64,000 nucleotides of DNA from an uncultured Chloroflexia bacterium (GCA_963746845.1 CAVVCZ010000004.1:512001-576000); one strand, 5' to 3'. Shown: positions 50,739 to 61,691, counted from the stretch's first letter. Translations and numbers: made by a program. The notes: generated by a model from the sequence alone, not told the origin.

Positions 50739-51856
50739 CGCGGATCCTCATGGCGATGTCCGGCGGGGTGGACTCGTCCGTCGCCGCCGCGCTGCTCCAT
50801 CGCCAGGGTCACGAGGTCGTCGGCGTGTGGATGCGTCTCCACGACGTCGCCGACGCCTACTCCGAGTTCAAGAAGAGCTGCTGCTCACTCGACGCCGCCG
50901 ATGACGCCCGGCGGGTCGCCGCCCAGCTGGACATCCCGTTCTACGTGATGAACCTCGAGCGCGAGTTCGACGCCGGCGTGCTGCAGCCGTTCCTCACGGC
51001 CTATCTCGACGGCCGGACGCCCAGCCCGTGCGTGGACTGCAACACGTACGTGAAGTTCGGGGCCCTGCTCGGACGTGCCCGCAACCTGTACGACTGCGAG
51101 GCGGTCGCGACCGGCCACTACGCGCGGCGCGCGGTCGGGCCGGACGGCGCGCCGCGGCTCATCCGCGCCCGCGACGAGGACAAGGACCAGACCTACTTCC
51201 TGTACGGACTCCGGCGCGACCAGCTGGACCATGCGCGGTTCCCGCTCGGCGAGCTGACAAAGCCGGAGGTGCGTGCCATCGCCCGAGACCTCGGCCTCGC
51301 GACCGCCGACAAGCCGGAGAGCCAGGAGATCTGCTTCGTGCCCGGCGGCGACTACCGCGACGCCCTCCGGGAGCGGGCTGGCTGGCGACCCGAGCCGGGA
51401 CCGGTCGTGGACGCCGGTGGGGCGGTCGTCGGCGAGCACGGCGGGTCGGCGGGCTTCACCGTGGGTCAGCGGCGCGGGATCGGCATCGCGGCCGACGCGC
51501 CCCGCTACGTCAGCCGGATCGACCCGTTGTCGAACACGATCCAGCTCGGCCGGCGCGAGGACCTCGAGACAACGACGATCCCGCTCAGCGGCGTGACGTT
51601 CGTCGCCGACGAACCACCGGCGGGCCGGTCCGGCTCCTTCCGTGCCCAGGTCCGGATCCGCCATCGGGCGATTCCGATCCCGGCGACGGTCAGGCCGTCG
51701 GGCCACGCGGAGCCGCGCCGCGGCGGGCGATGGGTCGTCGAGACCGATGCGCCGGTCTGGGCGGCGGCGCCCGGACAGGCCGCCGTCCTGTACGACGACG
51801 AGGTCGTCCTCGGTGGCGGACGGATCGAGCGGGCCGTCGCGGTGGACGCGGCGTGA
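50735..51856 (+). CDS. mnmA: tRNA 2-thiouridylase MnmA
   Basis: [46 protein letters not shown]. Confidence 0.96.
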   Translation: MTRILMAMSGGVDSSVAAALLHRQGHEVVGVWMRLHDVADAYSEFKKSCCSLDAADDARRVAAQLDIPFYVMNLEREFDAGVLQPFLTAYLDGRTPSPCVDCNTYVKFGALLGRARNLYDCEAVATGHYARRAVGPDGAPRLIRARDEDKDQTYFLYGLRRDQLDHARFPLGELTKPEVRAIARDLGLATADKPESQEICFVPGGDYRDALRERAGWRPEPGPVVDAGGAVVGEHGGSAGFTVGQRRGIGIAADAPRYVSRIDPLSNTIQLGRREDLETTTIPLSGVTFVADEPPAGRSGSFRAQVRIRHRAIPIPATVRPSGHAEPRRGGRWVVETDAPVWAAAPGQAAVLYDDEVVLGGGRIERAVAVDAA

Positions 51857-52137
51857 TCGGCCCGGCGCCGGTCCTGGCCCTCCTGGTGGGGATCTTCCAG
51901 GTCGCCCTGTTCGTCCTGATCCGCGGCTCGGCCGGCGGTCAGCTGCCGCTCCTCGTCATCGCGGCGTTCCTCGGGGCCTGGGCGGGTGATGCGATCGGCG
52001 CCCGGCTCGGGATCAACCTGCTCCAGATCGGGGACTTCCACCTGGTCGCGGCGTCGATCCTCGCGTGGGTCGGGATCGGCGTGGTGGCCCTCGTGGCGGT
52101 GCTCGGGCCGACGCGTGGCTCGAAGGTCGGCTCATGA
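51853..52137 (+). CDS. Small three-TM hypothetical protein
   Basis: GTGA overlap with mnmA; hydrophobic; FLGAWAG..IG.RLG...IGDFH. Confidence 0.7.
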   Translation: MIGPAPVLALLVGIFQVALFVLIRGSAGGQLPLLVIAAFLGAWAGDAIGARLGINLLQIGDFHLVAASILAWVGIGVVALVAVLGPTRGSKVGS

Positions 52138-52388
52138 GCGAGCCGCGCGTGCCGGCGGGCATCGAATCCCTGATCCGCTCCGTCACCGGCGGCGCCAGTC
52201 CAGAGGAGCGAGACCAGCGCGCCTCGACCTTCGCCCGGGGGCTCGCGATCGGCGCGCTGGTGGGCGCCGCGATCGCCGGCTCGACGATCTGGCAGCGCCG
52301 TCAGGGGGGCGCCGCCGCGCGGTCGGCGAGCCACGAACGAGCGACCATCGAGGCCGAGGCCGTCGACGCGGAGTCGCCCGGCATCTGA
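52134..52388 (+). CDS. Small hypothetical protein with YtxH-like glycine-zipper helix
   Basis: ATGA overlap; FARGLAIGALVGAAIAG. Confidence 0.6.
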   Translation: MSEPRVPAGIESLIRSVTGGASPEERDQRASTFARGLAIGALVGAAIAGSTIWQRRQGGAAARSASHERATIEAEAVDAESPGI

Positions 52389-52464
52389 ACGCCGGGCCCG
52401 GCCGAGCGACTGACGCCCTCGGCGGGCTCGGGAAGGGAGCCGGCGTTCGGTACCATTGCCGCCG

Positions 52465-55225
52465 ATGCCGACCCCCGTCACCGAGCACGATCCGCGGATC
52501 ACGCCGCTGCCCGCGGCCGAGATCCGGCGGCGCTTCGTCGAGTTCTTCGAGGAGCGTGGCCACACCGCGGTCCCGAGCGCGAGCCTCGTCCCCGCCGGCG
52601 ACCAGACCCTCCTGTTCACGAACTCGGGCATGGTCCAGTTCAAGGAGGTCTTCACGGGCGCCGAGAAGCGGAGCTACACCCGAGCGGTCGACTATCAGCG
52701 CGTCCTGCGCGTCGCCGGCAAGCACAACGACTTCGAGGAGGTCGGGCGGACGCCCCGCCACCACACCCTCTTCGAGATGCTCGGCAACTGGAGCTTCGGC
52801 GACTACTTCAAGCGCGAGGCGATCCACTACGCGTGGGATTTCCTGACCCGCGAGATCGGGATCCCGGGCGATCGCCTGGCGGCCACGACCTACAGGGACG
52901 ACGACGTCGCGTGGAGCGTCTGGCGCGACGAGATCGGGCTGCCGCCCGAGCGGATGGCGAAATGGGGCGACGTCGACGCCGGCGACGACAAGAACTTCTG
53001 GCGGATGGCCGAGACCGGGCCGTGCGGTCCGTGCAGCGAGATCCACTTCGACCGCGGCGCGCACCTGTCCGAGGGCCCGGAGTGCATCCCGGACCACAGC
53101 GAGCACTGCCCACGCTGGCTCGAGATCTGGAACCTCGTCTTCATGGAGTTCGACCAGCGGCCGGACGGCCGCGTGCCGCTGCCGTTCACCAGCGTGGACA
53201 CGGGCATGGGGCTCGAGCGGGTCGCGAGCGTCAGCCAGGGGGTCCTCTCGAACTACGACACGGACCTGTTCGCGCCGATCCACGAGCGTCTCCGGTCGAT
53301 CTTCGGGCACGACCCGGTGGCCTTCGAGGCCGAGCGCTTCAGCTACCAGGTGATCGCGGACCACAGCCGGGCGATGACGTTCCTGATCGCGGACGGCGTC
53401 CTGCCGAGCAACGAGGGTCGCGGCTACGTCCTCCGCCGGATCATCCGGCGCGCCGTCCGGCACGGGCGGCTGCTCGGGCGGCGCGAGCCGTTCCTGACCT
53501 CGGCCGCCGAGGTCGTCATCGACACGATGGCCGAGCCGTATCCGATCCTCGCGGAGCGCCGCGAGGCCATCCTCGCCTCGATCGAGCGCGAGGAGGCCCA
53601 GTTCGCGCGGACGCTCGACGCCGGGACCGGCCAGCTCGAGGCCGCCCTCGCCGGTCTCGCCGGCGGTGCCGAGCGCGCCGTCGGCCGGCGGCCGGAGGAG
53701 GTCGCCCCGGATGCCCCGGTGCTGCCGGGCGACCTGGCATTCCGGCTCCACGACACGTTCGGCTTCCCGATCGACCTGACCGTCGAGCTGGCGGCCGAGT
53801 ACGGCGTCGCCGTCGATCGCGCCGGCTTCGAGGCCGCGCTGGCGCGAGCAGCGCGAGCGGAGCCGGTCCGGCAAGAAGGCCGAGCTCGCGAAGCACGCCG
53901 AGCTGACCGCGCTCTACCAGGCGATCCAGGCGCGGGCCGGCGACACGACGTTCCTCGGCTACGAGACGACGACCGCGCCGGGCACCGTGGTCGCGATCGT
54001 GCGCGACGGGATGGAGCTCGGCGAGGTCACCGGGCTCGGCGAGGCCGAGGTCGTTCTTGACCGGTCGCCGTTCTACGCCGAGGGCGGCGGTCAGGTCGGC
54101 GACCGCGGCGAGCTGCGCGAGGCCGGCGGCGGCTCGTCGCTCTTCGCGGTCGAGGACACCCAGAAGCCGGTCGGCGGCCTCATCGTGCTGCAGGGCACGC
54201 TCCACGGTCGGCTCCGCGTCGGCGAGACGGTCGACGCCGTCGTCGACGCCGCCCGCCGGGCCCACACGATGCGCAACCACACCGGCACGCACCTGCTCCA
54301 CCGGGCGCTCCGGAACGTCGTCGGCGAGGCCGCGCGCCAGGCCGGCTCGCTGGTGACGCCGGACTACCTCCGGTTCGACTTCCCGTTCGACCGGCCGCTC
54401 ACGACCGACGAGCTCCGCGCGATCGAGGACGAGGTCCGGGCCGTCATCCGCGACGACCGGACGGTGACCCCGAGCTTCATGTCGATGCGGGAGGCGATCG
54501 ACGCCGGTGCCGATGCGTTCTTCGACGAGAAGTACGGCGAGACCGTGCGGACGGTGCAGGTCGAGGGCTACAGCCACGAGCTGTGCGGCGGGACCCATTG
54601 CCGCGCCTCCGGCCAGATCGGCTCGTTCGTGATCACCGGCGAGCGGTCGATCGGCTCGGGAATGCGCCGGATCGAGGCGCTGACCGGTGCTGGCGCGGAT
54701 GCGTACCTCCGGACGCGCTCCGACGCGCTCGCGGCCGCGGCCGAGACCGCCGGCGCCCAGACGCCGGAAGGGCTCCCGGATCGCATCCGGGCGCTCCAGG
54801 AGGAGCTGCGCGAGACACGGAGACGGCTCAAGGCCGGCGCGGCGGCGGGTGGTGGCCTCCCGAAGCCCGGCGAGCTCGCGACCCGCGCCGAGGAGGTCGC
54901 GCCGGGGATCCGGCTCGTCGCCTACGCCGGGCCGTACGGCTCGATCGACGAGATGAAGGGCGCCGCCAAGGACCTCCGCGGCGTGCTCGGGTCCGGCGTG
55001 ATCGCCCTCGGTCTCGACGGCGACGAGCCCCAGCTCTTCGTCACGGTCAGCGACGACCTGGTCGCCCGCGGGATCGCGGCCGGCGACCTCGTCCGCGAGG
55101 CGATCGCCGCGATCGACGGCAAGGGGGGCGGGCGACCGGAGATGGCCCAGGGCAAGGGCGCCCGACGCGAGGGTCTCGGCGCGGCCCTGGACTCGGTCCG
55201 ATCCCGGTTGACCACCGCGGCCTAG
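52465..55225 (+). CDS. alaS: Alanine--tRNA ligase with a 1-nt frameshift near 53845 (probably a sequencing error)
   Basis: LLFTNSGMVQFK, HHTLFEMLGNWSFGDYFK, GPCGPCSEI; second frame has FYAEGGGQVGD, NHTGTHLL, ELCGGTH, GKGGG. Confidence 0.93.
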
Positions 55226-55227
55226 CG

Positions 55228-56490
55228 GTGGCCTTCCTCCGCCGGATCTGGCAGCGCGACGAGGGCGAGGGCCTCGCCGCCTGCACCGCCCTCGACATCG
55301 GCACCGAGTTCGCGAAGGCCCTCGTCTTCGAGATCGGTGACGACGGTCACGGCACCGTCCGCGGCGTCGGCCGGAAGCGCCAGGGCCTGAGCCACATGTC
55401 GTCCGGCACCGTCGCCGACATCGCGGCGGTCGTCGACAACTGCACGGTCGCGCTCCAGGAGGCCGAGGAGATGGCCGGCTTCAGGCCGAGCCAGGTCGTC
55501 ATCGGGATCGCCGGCGAGCTCGTCAAGGGGTTCACGACCACCCACGCCCAGGAGCGCAAGCGCCCCGATCAGCCGATCACCGAAGCGGAGCTCGCGAAGC
55601 TGATCGACTCCGTCCAGCGGGAGGCCCTGCGCGAGGCGGAGCGATCGATCACGTGGGAGACCGGCCTCCCGAACGTCGACGTCCGTCTGGTCCATGCCGC
55701 GATCGTGGCCGCCTCGATCGACGGGTATGCGCTCACGAACCCGGTCGGGTTCCAGGGACGGCACGTGAAGATCGGGATCTTCAACGCGTTCGCCCCCCTC
55801 GTGCACCTCGGCGCCCTCCAGACCGTCGCCTCGCAGCTGGACCTCGAGCTGCTCGAGATCGTCGCGGAGCCGTACGCCGTGGCGCGTGTCCTCGGCTCGG
55901 ACCAGATCCGCCAGGCGGGCGCCCTGTTCGTCGACGTCGGCGGCGGCACGACCGACGTCGCGCTCGTCCGCCAGGGCGGCATCGAAGGGACGCGGATGTT
56001 CGCGCTCGGGGGCCGGGCGTTCACGAAGAGCCTGGCCGACCGGCTCGAGCTGCCGTTCCCGCGGGCCGAGGCCGCCAAGGTCGACTACGCCCGCGGCCTG
56101 CCGGTCGACCGGCACGACGAGATCGCGAAGATCGTCGGAGAGGACGTGGAGGTCTGGGCGGCGGGCGTCGAGCTCGTGATGGAGGAGCTCGGCGGCGGCG
56201 ACCTGCTGCCCGGCCGGATCTACCTGTGCGGCGGCGGCTCGCGGCTGCCGGAGATCGTCCAGGCGCTCGGCGCCGAGCGATTCTGGAAGCGGCTGTCGTT
56301 CGCCCGGCCGCCCGAGGTCGTCGTCATGGCCCCGGACCAGGTCGAGGCGATCTCGGACGCGACCGATCTCCTCGTCGACCAGCAGGACGTCACGCCGCTC
56401 GGCCTGGCCTACCAGGCCATCGAGCTGCAGACGACCGAGGACCCGCTCGATGCCGCCCTCCGGCGCGTCCTGCGGGCGATGAAGGTTTGA
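55228..56490 (+). CDS. FtsA-like actin-superfamily ATPase (no adjacent ftsZ)
   Basis: ALDIGT (phosphate 1), AEPYA, VDVGGGTTD (phosphate 2), LCGGGSRL; 1C-like insert PITEAEL...IDGYALTNPVGFQG. Confidence 0.85.
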   Translation: MAFLRRIWQRDEGEGLAACTALDIGTEFAKALVFEIGDDGHGTVRGVGRKRQGLSHMSSGTVADIAAVVDNCTVALQEAEEMAGFRPSQVVIGIAGELVKGFTTTHAQERKRPDQPITEAELAKLIDSVQREALREAERSITWETGLPNVDVRLVHAAIVAASIDGYALTNPVGFQGRHVKIGIFNAFAPLVHLGALQTVASQLDLELLEIVAEPYAVARVLGSDQIRQAGALFVDVGGGTTDVALVRQGGIEGTRMFALGGRAFTKSLADRLELPFPRAEAAKVDYARGLPVDRHDEIAKIVGEDVEVWAAGVELVMEELGGGDLLPGRIYLCGGGSRLPEIVQALGAERFWKRLSFARPPEVVVMAPDQVEAISDATDLLVDQQDVTPLGLAYQAIELQTTEDPLDAALRRVLRAMKV

Positions 56491-56663
56491 CCTTGGCCGC
56501 CGGACCCCGCACCACACTTCGCTCGCCGATGCGGACCATCGCGGCGTTCGATCCTCCGCGCCCTCGCTCACGCATGGACATGCGCTCGCTCACGTGCTCG
56601 GATCGGCCTTGCGCTGGCCTCGCCTCGGCGGCGACCTGCGGCGCGCGGCCGGCGGCCAAGGTC
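56489..56663. repeat. Palindromic dispersed element, copy B, with 15-bp terminal inverted repeats
   Basis: GACCTTGGCCGCCGG ... CCGGCGGCCAAGGTC; same internal core as 37145-37262. Confidence 0.72.
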
Positions 56664-56676
56664 TAGGGTTCCTCGG

Positions 56677-58584
56677 ATGGCAGCGGGCATCGTCTACCTC
56701 GACGTCGACGACGAGATCACGTCGGCCGCTGCCCGGATCCGCTCGTCGGTTGCCACGAAGGTCGCCCTGGTGGTCCCGTACGGCTCCCGGATCGCGACCT
56801 CACGGATGAACTTCCGCCTCCTGTCGCGCGAGGCGCTCGTCAGCAACCGGCGGCTGTCGATCATCTCCGGCGATGCCGCGTCCCGATCCCTGGCGGCGTC
56901 GGCGGGGCTGCCGGTGTTCGCGAGCGTCGCCGAGTACGAGGCCTCGACCGAATCGGGCACCGATCGGGCTCCCGACGACGACACCGGCCGGGGCCCGGCG
57001 AAGGAAGCCCCAGCCGCCGGCGCCGCGGCTGCGGCCGGAACCCTCGCCGCGAGCGAGACCGTGGCCGCCGTCGGCCCGGCAACGGCGGAGCCGCCCGCCC
57101 CGCCGTCGAGGCCGCCTTCGTCGACCACCTCCACCGGAACGACCAGGCGCGCCGGCCGGACCCTCTCGGACGACACGGCCCGGATGGCCGTGCCGGTTGC
57201 GGCCGCGGCCGCGACCTCGGCGGGTGGCGTCGGACCGGTTGCGGGGGCCGACGTGGCGCCGGTGCCGGCCCCCGTGCCGCGGCGCGCCGTCGACGCGTCC
57301 GATGACACCGGCGGTCGCTCCCGCGCCCCGCTCCTCGTCGCCCTCGCCGCGGTCGGTCTGGCCCTCGTCGTGCTTGCCGTCGGCGGCTACCTCCTGCTGC
57401 CGTCCGCGTCGATCGCGCTCACCCCGCGTCCGGAGCCGATCTCGGTCAACCTCACCGTGTCGGCCGACCCGGACGCGACCGCCGTCGACCCGTCCACCGG
57501 CGTCGTTCCGGCCGTCCGCCTGGACGTTCCCGTCGAGGCGAGCCAGACGTTCACGACCTCGGGTGTGCACGTCGAACAGACGGCTGCGTCCGGCGAGGTG
57601 ACGTTCTCGAACTACAACCCGGTGTCCTCGAACACGATCGCCGGGGGCAGCATCGTCACGACCGAGGGCGGGATCCGTTTCCGGACCCTCGCGAGCGTCA
57701 CCGTCCCGGCGGGCACGTTCGTCCTGCCGAACGTGATCCCGGCGACCCGGCGCGTGGCCGTCCAGGCGGTCCGGCCGGGGACGGAGGGCAACGTCCCGGC
57801 GAACGCGATCCGGGTCGTGCCCCAGGGCGAGAACCCGGACTTCCTGAAGGTGAACAACGTCGACGCGACCGACGGCGGGACGCGGACCGAGTCGCCCGAG
57901 GTGTCGCAGGCCGAGGTCGCCAAGGCCGTCGCCGACCTCCAGACGCAGCTCGCGAAGAACTTCGAGGACGCGATCGCGGCCGGTGCGGGCGCGCCGCCGG
58001 ACACGACCCTCTTCCCGGAGACGGCCGTGCTCGGGCCGTCGACCCCGGCGCCGGATCCGGCGACCCTCGTCGGTCAGGCGGTGTCGTCCTACGACCTGTC
58101 CCTGTCCGCGACCGGGACGGTGATCGCCGTCGACCCGCGTCCGGTCCGCGCGATCGCCGAGGAGCAGCTGCAGGGTCGAGTCGGCGCCGACCATACCCTC
58201 GTCGACGGCTCGATCGACGTCGAAGTGGGGCAGGGGAGCGTCGGTGAGGACGGACAGGTCACGTTCCAGGCGACGGCGCGGGCGACGCGCGTCCCGATCG
58301 TCGATCCGGGGCCGCTGCGGTCGCTCGTCAAGGGCAAGACAACGGCGGAGGTCGAGGCCGCGCTCGCCCCGTACGGTGACGTGACGGTTACCCTCTGGCC
58401 GGACTGGGTCTCGACGGTCACCGGCGTCGACGCCCGGCTGGACCTCACCGTCAAGGGCTCGACCGCGGGTCCATCGCCATCGGCGACGCCATCGGGCACG
58501 CCGACGCCCGGTGCGACGCACACGAAGACCCCGGGCCCGTCGGGCACGAAGTCTCCCGGCGCCTCCGGCTCGGCCGGCCCGTGA
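56677..58584 (+). CDS. Bitopic membrane protein with extracellular baseplate-J/gp47-like domain
   Basis: Small N-terminal alpha/beta domain (IVYLDVDDEIT...), disordered linker, one TM then LPSASIALTP, ASGEVTFSN, GIRFRTL, VQAVRPGTEGNVPANAI, VNN..ATDGG (baseplate-J-like motifs). Confidence 0.75.
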   Translation: MAAGIVYLDVDDEITSAAARIRSSVATKVALVVPYGSRIATSRMNFRLLSREALVSNRRLSIISGDAASRSLAASAGLPVFASVAEYEASTESGTDRAPDDDTGRGPAKEAPAAGAAAAAGTLAASETVAAVGPATAEPPAPPSRPPSSTTSTGTTRRAGRTLSDDTARMAVPVAAAAATSAGGVGPVAGADVAPVPAPVPRRAVDASDDTGGRSRAPLLVALAAVGLALVVLAVGGYLLLPSASIALTPRPEPISVNLTVSADPDATAVDPSTGVVPAVRLDVPVEASQTFTTSGVHVEQTAASGEVTFSNYNPVSSNTIAGGSIVTTEGGIRFRTLASVTVPAGTFVLPNVIPATRRVAVQAVRPGTEGNVPANAIRVVPQGENPDFLKVNNVDATDGGTRTESPEVSQAEVAKAVADLQTQLAKNFEDAIAAGAGAPPDTTLFPETAVLGPSTPAPDPATLVGQAVSSYDLSLSATGTVIAVDPRPVRAIAEEQLQGRVGADHTLVDGSIDVEVGQGSVGEDGQVTFQATARATRVPIVDPGPLRSLVKGKTTAEVEAALAPYGDVTVTLWPDWVSTVTGVDARLDLTVKGSTAGPSPSATPSGTPTPGATHTKTPGPSGTKSPGASGSAGP

Positions 58585-59057
58585 GCCGACTGCTGGGGCT
58601 GGACGTCGGTGAGCGACGGATCGGGATCGCGGTCGCGGACACGGACGGCCGGGCGACGCCGCTCACCACGATCCGCCGTTCGGACGATCCGGCGAACGAT
58701 GCGGCCGCCGTCGCGGCGCTGATCCGCGAGCACGACGTGATCGAGATCGTCGTCGGTCTCCCGCTCGACATGTCGGGTGGCGAAGGCGGCCAGGCCGCGC
58801 TGACGCGGGCGTGGGTCGAAAGCGTCCGGCCAGCCTGGATCGCTCCGGTCCGGTATCGTGACGAGCGACTGACCAGTCACGTGGCCGAGCAGCGGCTCGG
58901 ACCCATGAAGCGAGGACGATCCGGGGGTCCACCCACCCGAGCCCAGCGGGATGCCTGGCGGGCCCGGATCGATCGCGAGGCTGCCGCGATCATCCTGCAG
59001 GACGAGCTCGACGCCCGCGCCACCACGCGCGAGTCGACAACGGAGAACATCACATGA
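58581..59057 (+). CDS. ruvX: Holliday junction resolvase-like protein RuvX/YqgF
   Basis: LLGLDVGERRIGIA, IVVGLP, DERLTS, IDREAAAIILQ. Confidence 0.93.
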   Translation: MSRLLGLDVGERRIGIAVADTDGRATPLTTIRRSDDPANDAAAVAALIREHDVIEIVVGLPLDMSGGEGGQAALTRAWVESVRPAWIAPVRYRDERLTSHVAEQRLGPMKRGRSGGPPTRAQRDAWRARIDREAAAIILQDELDARATTRESTTENIT

Positions 59058-60460
59058 CCATCCGCTCCGGCGGACGCGCACGCGACACGCAGGCGCACCC
59101 GGCCGAACGGGGGACGTACGACGACGCGTGGCAACCCACCTACGAGCCGGAGCTGCACGGTCGCGGCGGCGGCTCGGGCGGCTCGGGCGGCTCGGGCGGC
59201 CGGAACGGTGGGTACAACGGCTGGAGCGAGAACCGTCCCCGCCGCGGGATCCCCGGCATCCTGAAGTTCCTCCTGTTTGCGTTCGTCCTGGCCGCGATCG
59301 TGCTCGTGACCCTCGTGACCGTCCTCCGGCCGATCGTCCGCAACGCGGTCGTCGGGTGGGCGGGCGACAACCCGGCCGCGCTCGGCATGCCGTTCGTCGC
59401 GGACCTCGTCCGTGAGGATCTCGGGATGCACCTGACCGAGCCCGCATCGACCGACTCCGAGCAGATCGTGTTCACGGTCGCCGACGGCGAGACGGCCTCG
59501 GAGATCGCCGGGCGTCTCGAGGACGAGGGGTTCCTCACCGATCGGCGCTCGTTCGTGTTCATCGCGACCGAGCGCGGTCTCACCGGCGACCTCCGCACGG
59601 GCACGTTCATCCTCCGCAAGTCGATGACCCCGGACGACATCGTCACGGCGCTGCTCGTCCCCGAGGGCACGAAGTACGTCGACATCGCCCTCCGGACCGG
59701 CCTGCGGCTCGAGCAGATCACCGCCAAGCTCGAGACGATCGACGGCCTGAAGATGAACCCGGAGGACTTCTACCAGCTCGCAAAGCACCCGACTGCGGCG
59801 CTGCTGGCCGACTACCCGTGGCTCAAGGCGATCCTGCCGGACGGCGCGTCGCTCGAGGGGTTCCTGTGGCCCGCGACCTACCGGGTCCTGCCGGACACGA
59901 CCGCGGACGAGCTGATCCGGGACATGCTCGATGGGTTCCACAACGCGATGGGCGACCGGCTCACGGTCCCGAAGGAGCGAGGCCGGAGCTTCTACGAGAT
60001 CCTGACGCTGGCCTCGATGGTCGAGCGAGAGGCGGTGGTCGACGACGAGCGGGCGACGATCGCGGGCGTCTTCGAGAACCGCCTCCACAAGCTTCGCGGG
60101 ATCGCGCCCGTGCTCGCCTCGGACCCGACGGTGTTCTACGCGGTCGACACGCTGAATCTCGCGAAGATGCCGATCGAGCAATGGAAGACCTACTCGTTCT
60201 GGAACGTGCCGGACCAGCCGCTCCGCCAGATCGAGCTGCCGCCGGAGCTGCTCGGCTACCAGACCTACACCCAGGCCGGCCTGCCGCCAGGCCCGATCGC
60301 CACGCCCACGCTGGCCTCGATCGACGCGGCGCTCGAACCGGACACCAAGGACGGCTATCTGTTCTTCGTCGCGAAGCGCGACGGGACCGACACGCACGCC
60401 TTTGCCAAGACGCAGGCCGAGCACGCGAAGAACCTCAAGAAGTACGGCTACACGACCTAG
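59054..60460 (+). CDS. mltG: Endolytic transglycosylase MltG
   Basis: One TM; LEGFLWPATY, LASMVERE, IAGVFENRL, TYTQAGLPPGPI, YLFFVA. Confidence 0.93.
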   Translation: MTIRSGGRARDTQAHPAERGTYDDAWQPTYEPELHGRGGGSGGSGGSGGRNGGYNGWSENRPRRGIPGILKFLLFAFVLAAIVLVTLVTVLRPIVRNAVVGWAGDNPAALGMPFVADLVREDLGMHLTEPASTDSEQIVFTVADGETASEIAGRLEDEGFLTDRRSFVFIATERGLTGDLRTGTFILRKSMTPDDIVTALLVPEGTKYVDIALRTGLRLEQITAKLETIDGLKMNPEDFYQLAKHPTAALLADYPWLKAILPDGASLEGFLWPATYRVLPDTTADELIRDMLDGFHNAMGDRLTVPKERGRSFYEILTLASMVEREAVVDDERATIAGVFENRLHKLRGIAPVLASDPTVFYAVDTLNLAKMPIEQWKTYSFWNVPDQPLRQIELPPELLGYQTYTQAGLPPGPIATPTLASIDAALEPDTKDGYLFFVAKRDGTDTHAFAKTQAEHAKNLKKYGYTT

Positions 60461-60467
60461 ACGTCCG

Positions 60468-61691
60468 ATGACCTCGTCCGGGCTGCCGTCACCGGCCGAT
60501 TTCGCCCCACCGCCCTCGCCGGCCGACCTGGCCCGCTGGGCCGATGCCGACCGCGAGGCCAGGCCGGACCGCCTCGCGAGGGTTCGTGCGCGTTTCGGGG
60601 CCGCCGGGATTGACGGCTATTTCGGCCTCCGGCCTGAACACGCCCGCTACCTGACCGGGCTCCGGCTGGGCGAGGGGGAGGAGAAGGTCTCCGGGACGTC
60701 GGGACAGTTCCTCGTCGGCGCCGATGCCGTCGTCCTGCTCGCCGATTCGCGCTACTCGATCCAGGCGCACCACGAGGCACCCGGTGCGCGCGTCGTCAAC
60801 GGCCCGCGCGATCTGGCCATGGGCTGGGGCGCGCTGGCCGCGTCGGTCGGGGCGCGACGGATCGGCGTCGAGGCGGCGCTCATGCCGTACGCAGTCTGGC
60901 GGCGGCTGGAGGAGGCGGCACCGGACGTCGAGCTGGTCCCGGTCGAAGGCTGGATCGAGGCCGACCGCGCCATCAAGGAGCCGGCCGAGCTCGAGCGCGT
61001 CGCGGCCGCGTGCGCCGTCGCGGACCGGGCCCTGGCCGGGCTGCTTCCGTCGATCCGTCCGGGCGCGACGGAGCACGATCTCGCCCTCGACCTCGAGTGG
61101 CGGCTGCGCACCGGCGGAGCCGAGGCCGTCGCCTTCGACCCGACCTGCCTGGTCGGCCCGAACGCCGCGTTGCCGCACGGCTCGCCGTCCGACGCGCCGG
61201 TCCGCGCGGGGGAGGTGGTCCTGTTCGACTTCGGCGCCCAGGTCGGCGGCTATCGGAGCGACATGACCCGAACGCTGTTCGTCGGCGAGCCCGCCGAGCG
61301 CGATCTCGCGGTGTACCGGCTCGTCGCCCGGGCCCAGGCCGCCGCCATCGCCCAGATCGAGGCGACCGTCGATGGCGAGCTGCGGCTGCCGGCCGGTCGC
61401 GAGCTCCACGAGCTCGCCCGGCGCGAGATCGAGGAGGACGGGCGATGGCCGGCGTTCGAGCACGGTCTGGGCCACGGGATCGGCCTCGCCACGCACGAGC
61501 TGCCGTCGCTCAGCGCCCAGGGTCTGGACGTGCCGCTGCCTTCGCCGACGGTCTTCTCGGTCGAGCCCGGGATCTACCTCGAGGGCGAGACCGGGGTCCG
61601 GATCGAGGACCTCATCCTGCTCGACGGCGACGCCGGCCGGGTCGAACGGCTGACCCGGTTCCCGCGCGAGGTCCTCGCGCTGCCGGGCTGA
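60468..61691 (+). CDS. Xaa-Pro aminopeptidase (M24)
   Basis: ALPHG, DFGAQVGGYRSDMTRT, HGLGHGIGLATHE, SVEPGIY, GVRIED. Confidence 0.92.
   Translation: MTSSGLPSPADFAPPPSPADLARWADADREARPDRLARVRARFGAAGIDGYFGLRPEHARYLTGLRLGEGEEKVSGTSGQFLVGADAVVLLADSRYSIQAHHEAPGARVVNGPRDLAMGWGALAASVGARRIGVEAALMPYAVWRRLEEAAPDVELVPVEGWIEADRAIKEPAELERVAAACAVADRALAGLLPSIRPGATEHDLALDLEWRLRTGGAEAVAFDPTCLVGPNAALPHGSPSDAPVRAGEVVLFDFGAQVGGYRSDMTRTLFVGEPAERDLAVYRLVARAQAAAIAQIEATVDGELRLPAGRELHELARREIEEDGRWPAFEHGLGHGIGLATHELPSLSAQGLDVPLPSPTVFSVEPGIYLEGETGVRIEDLILLDGDAGRVERLTRFPREVLALPG

Noticed and set aside
56677-58584. Baseplate-J-like gene as evidence of a prophage, tailocin or T6SS
   Set aside because: No sheath, tube, capsid or other tail genes; the protein has a TM anchor and housekeeping neighbours.
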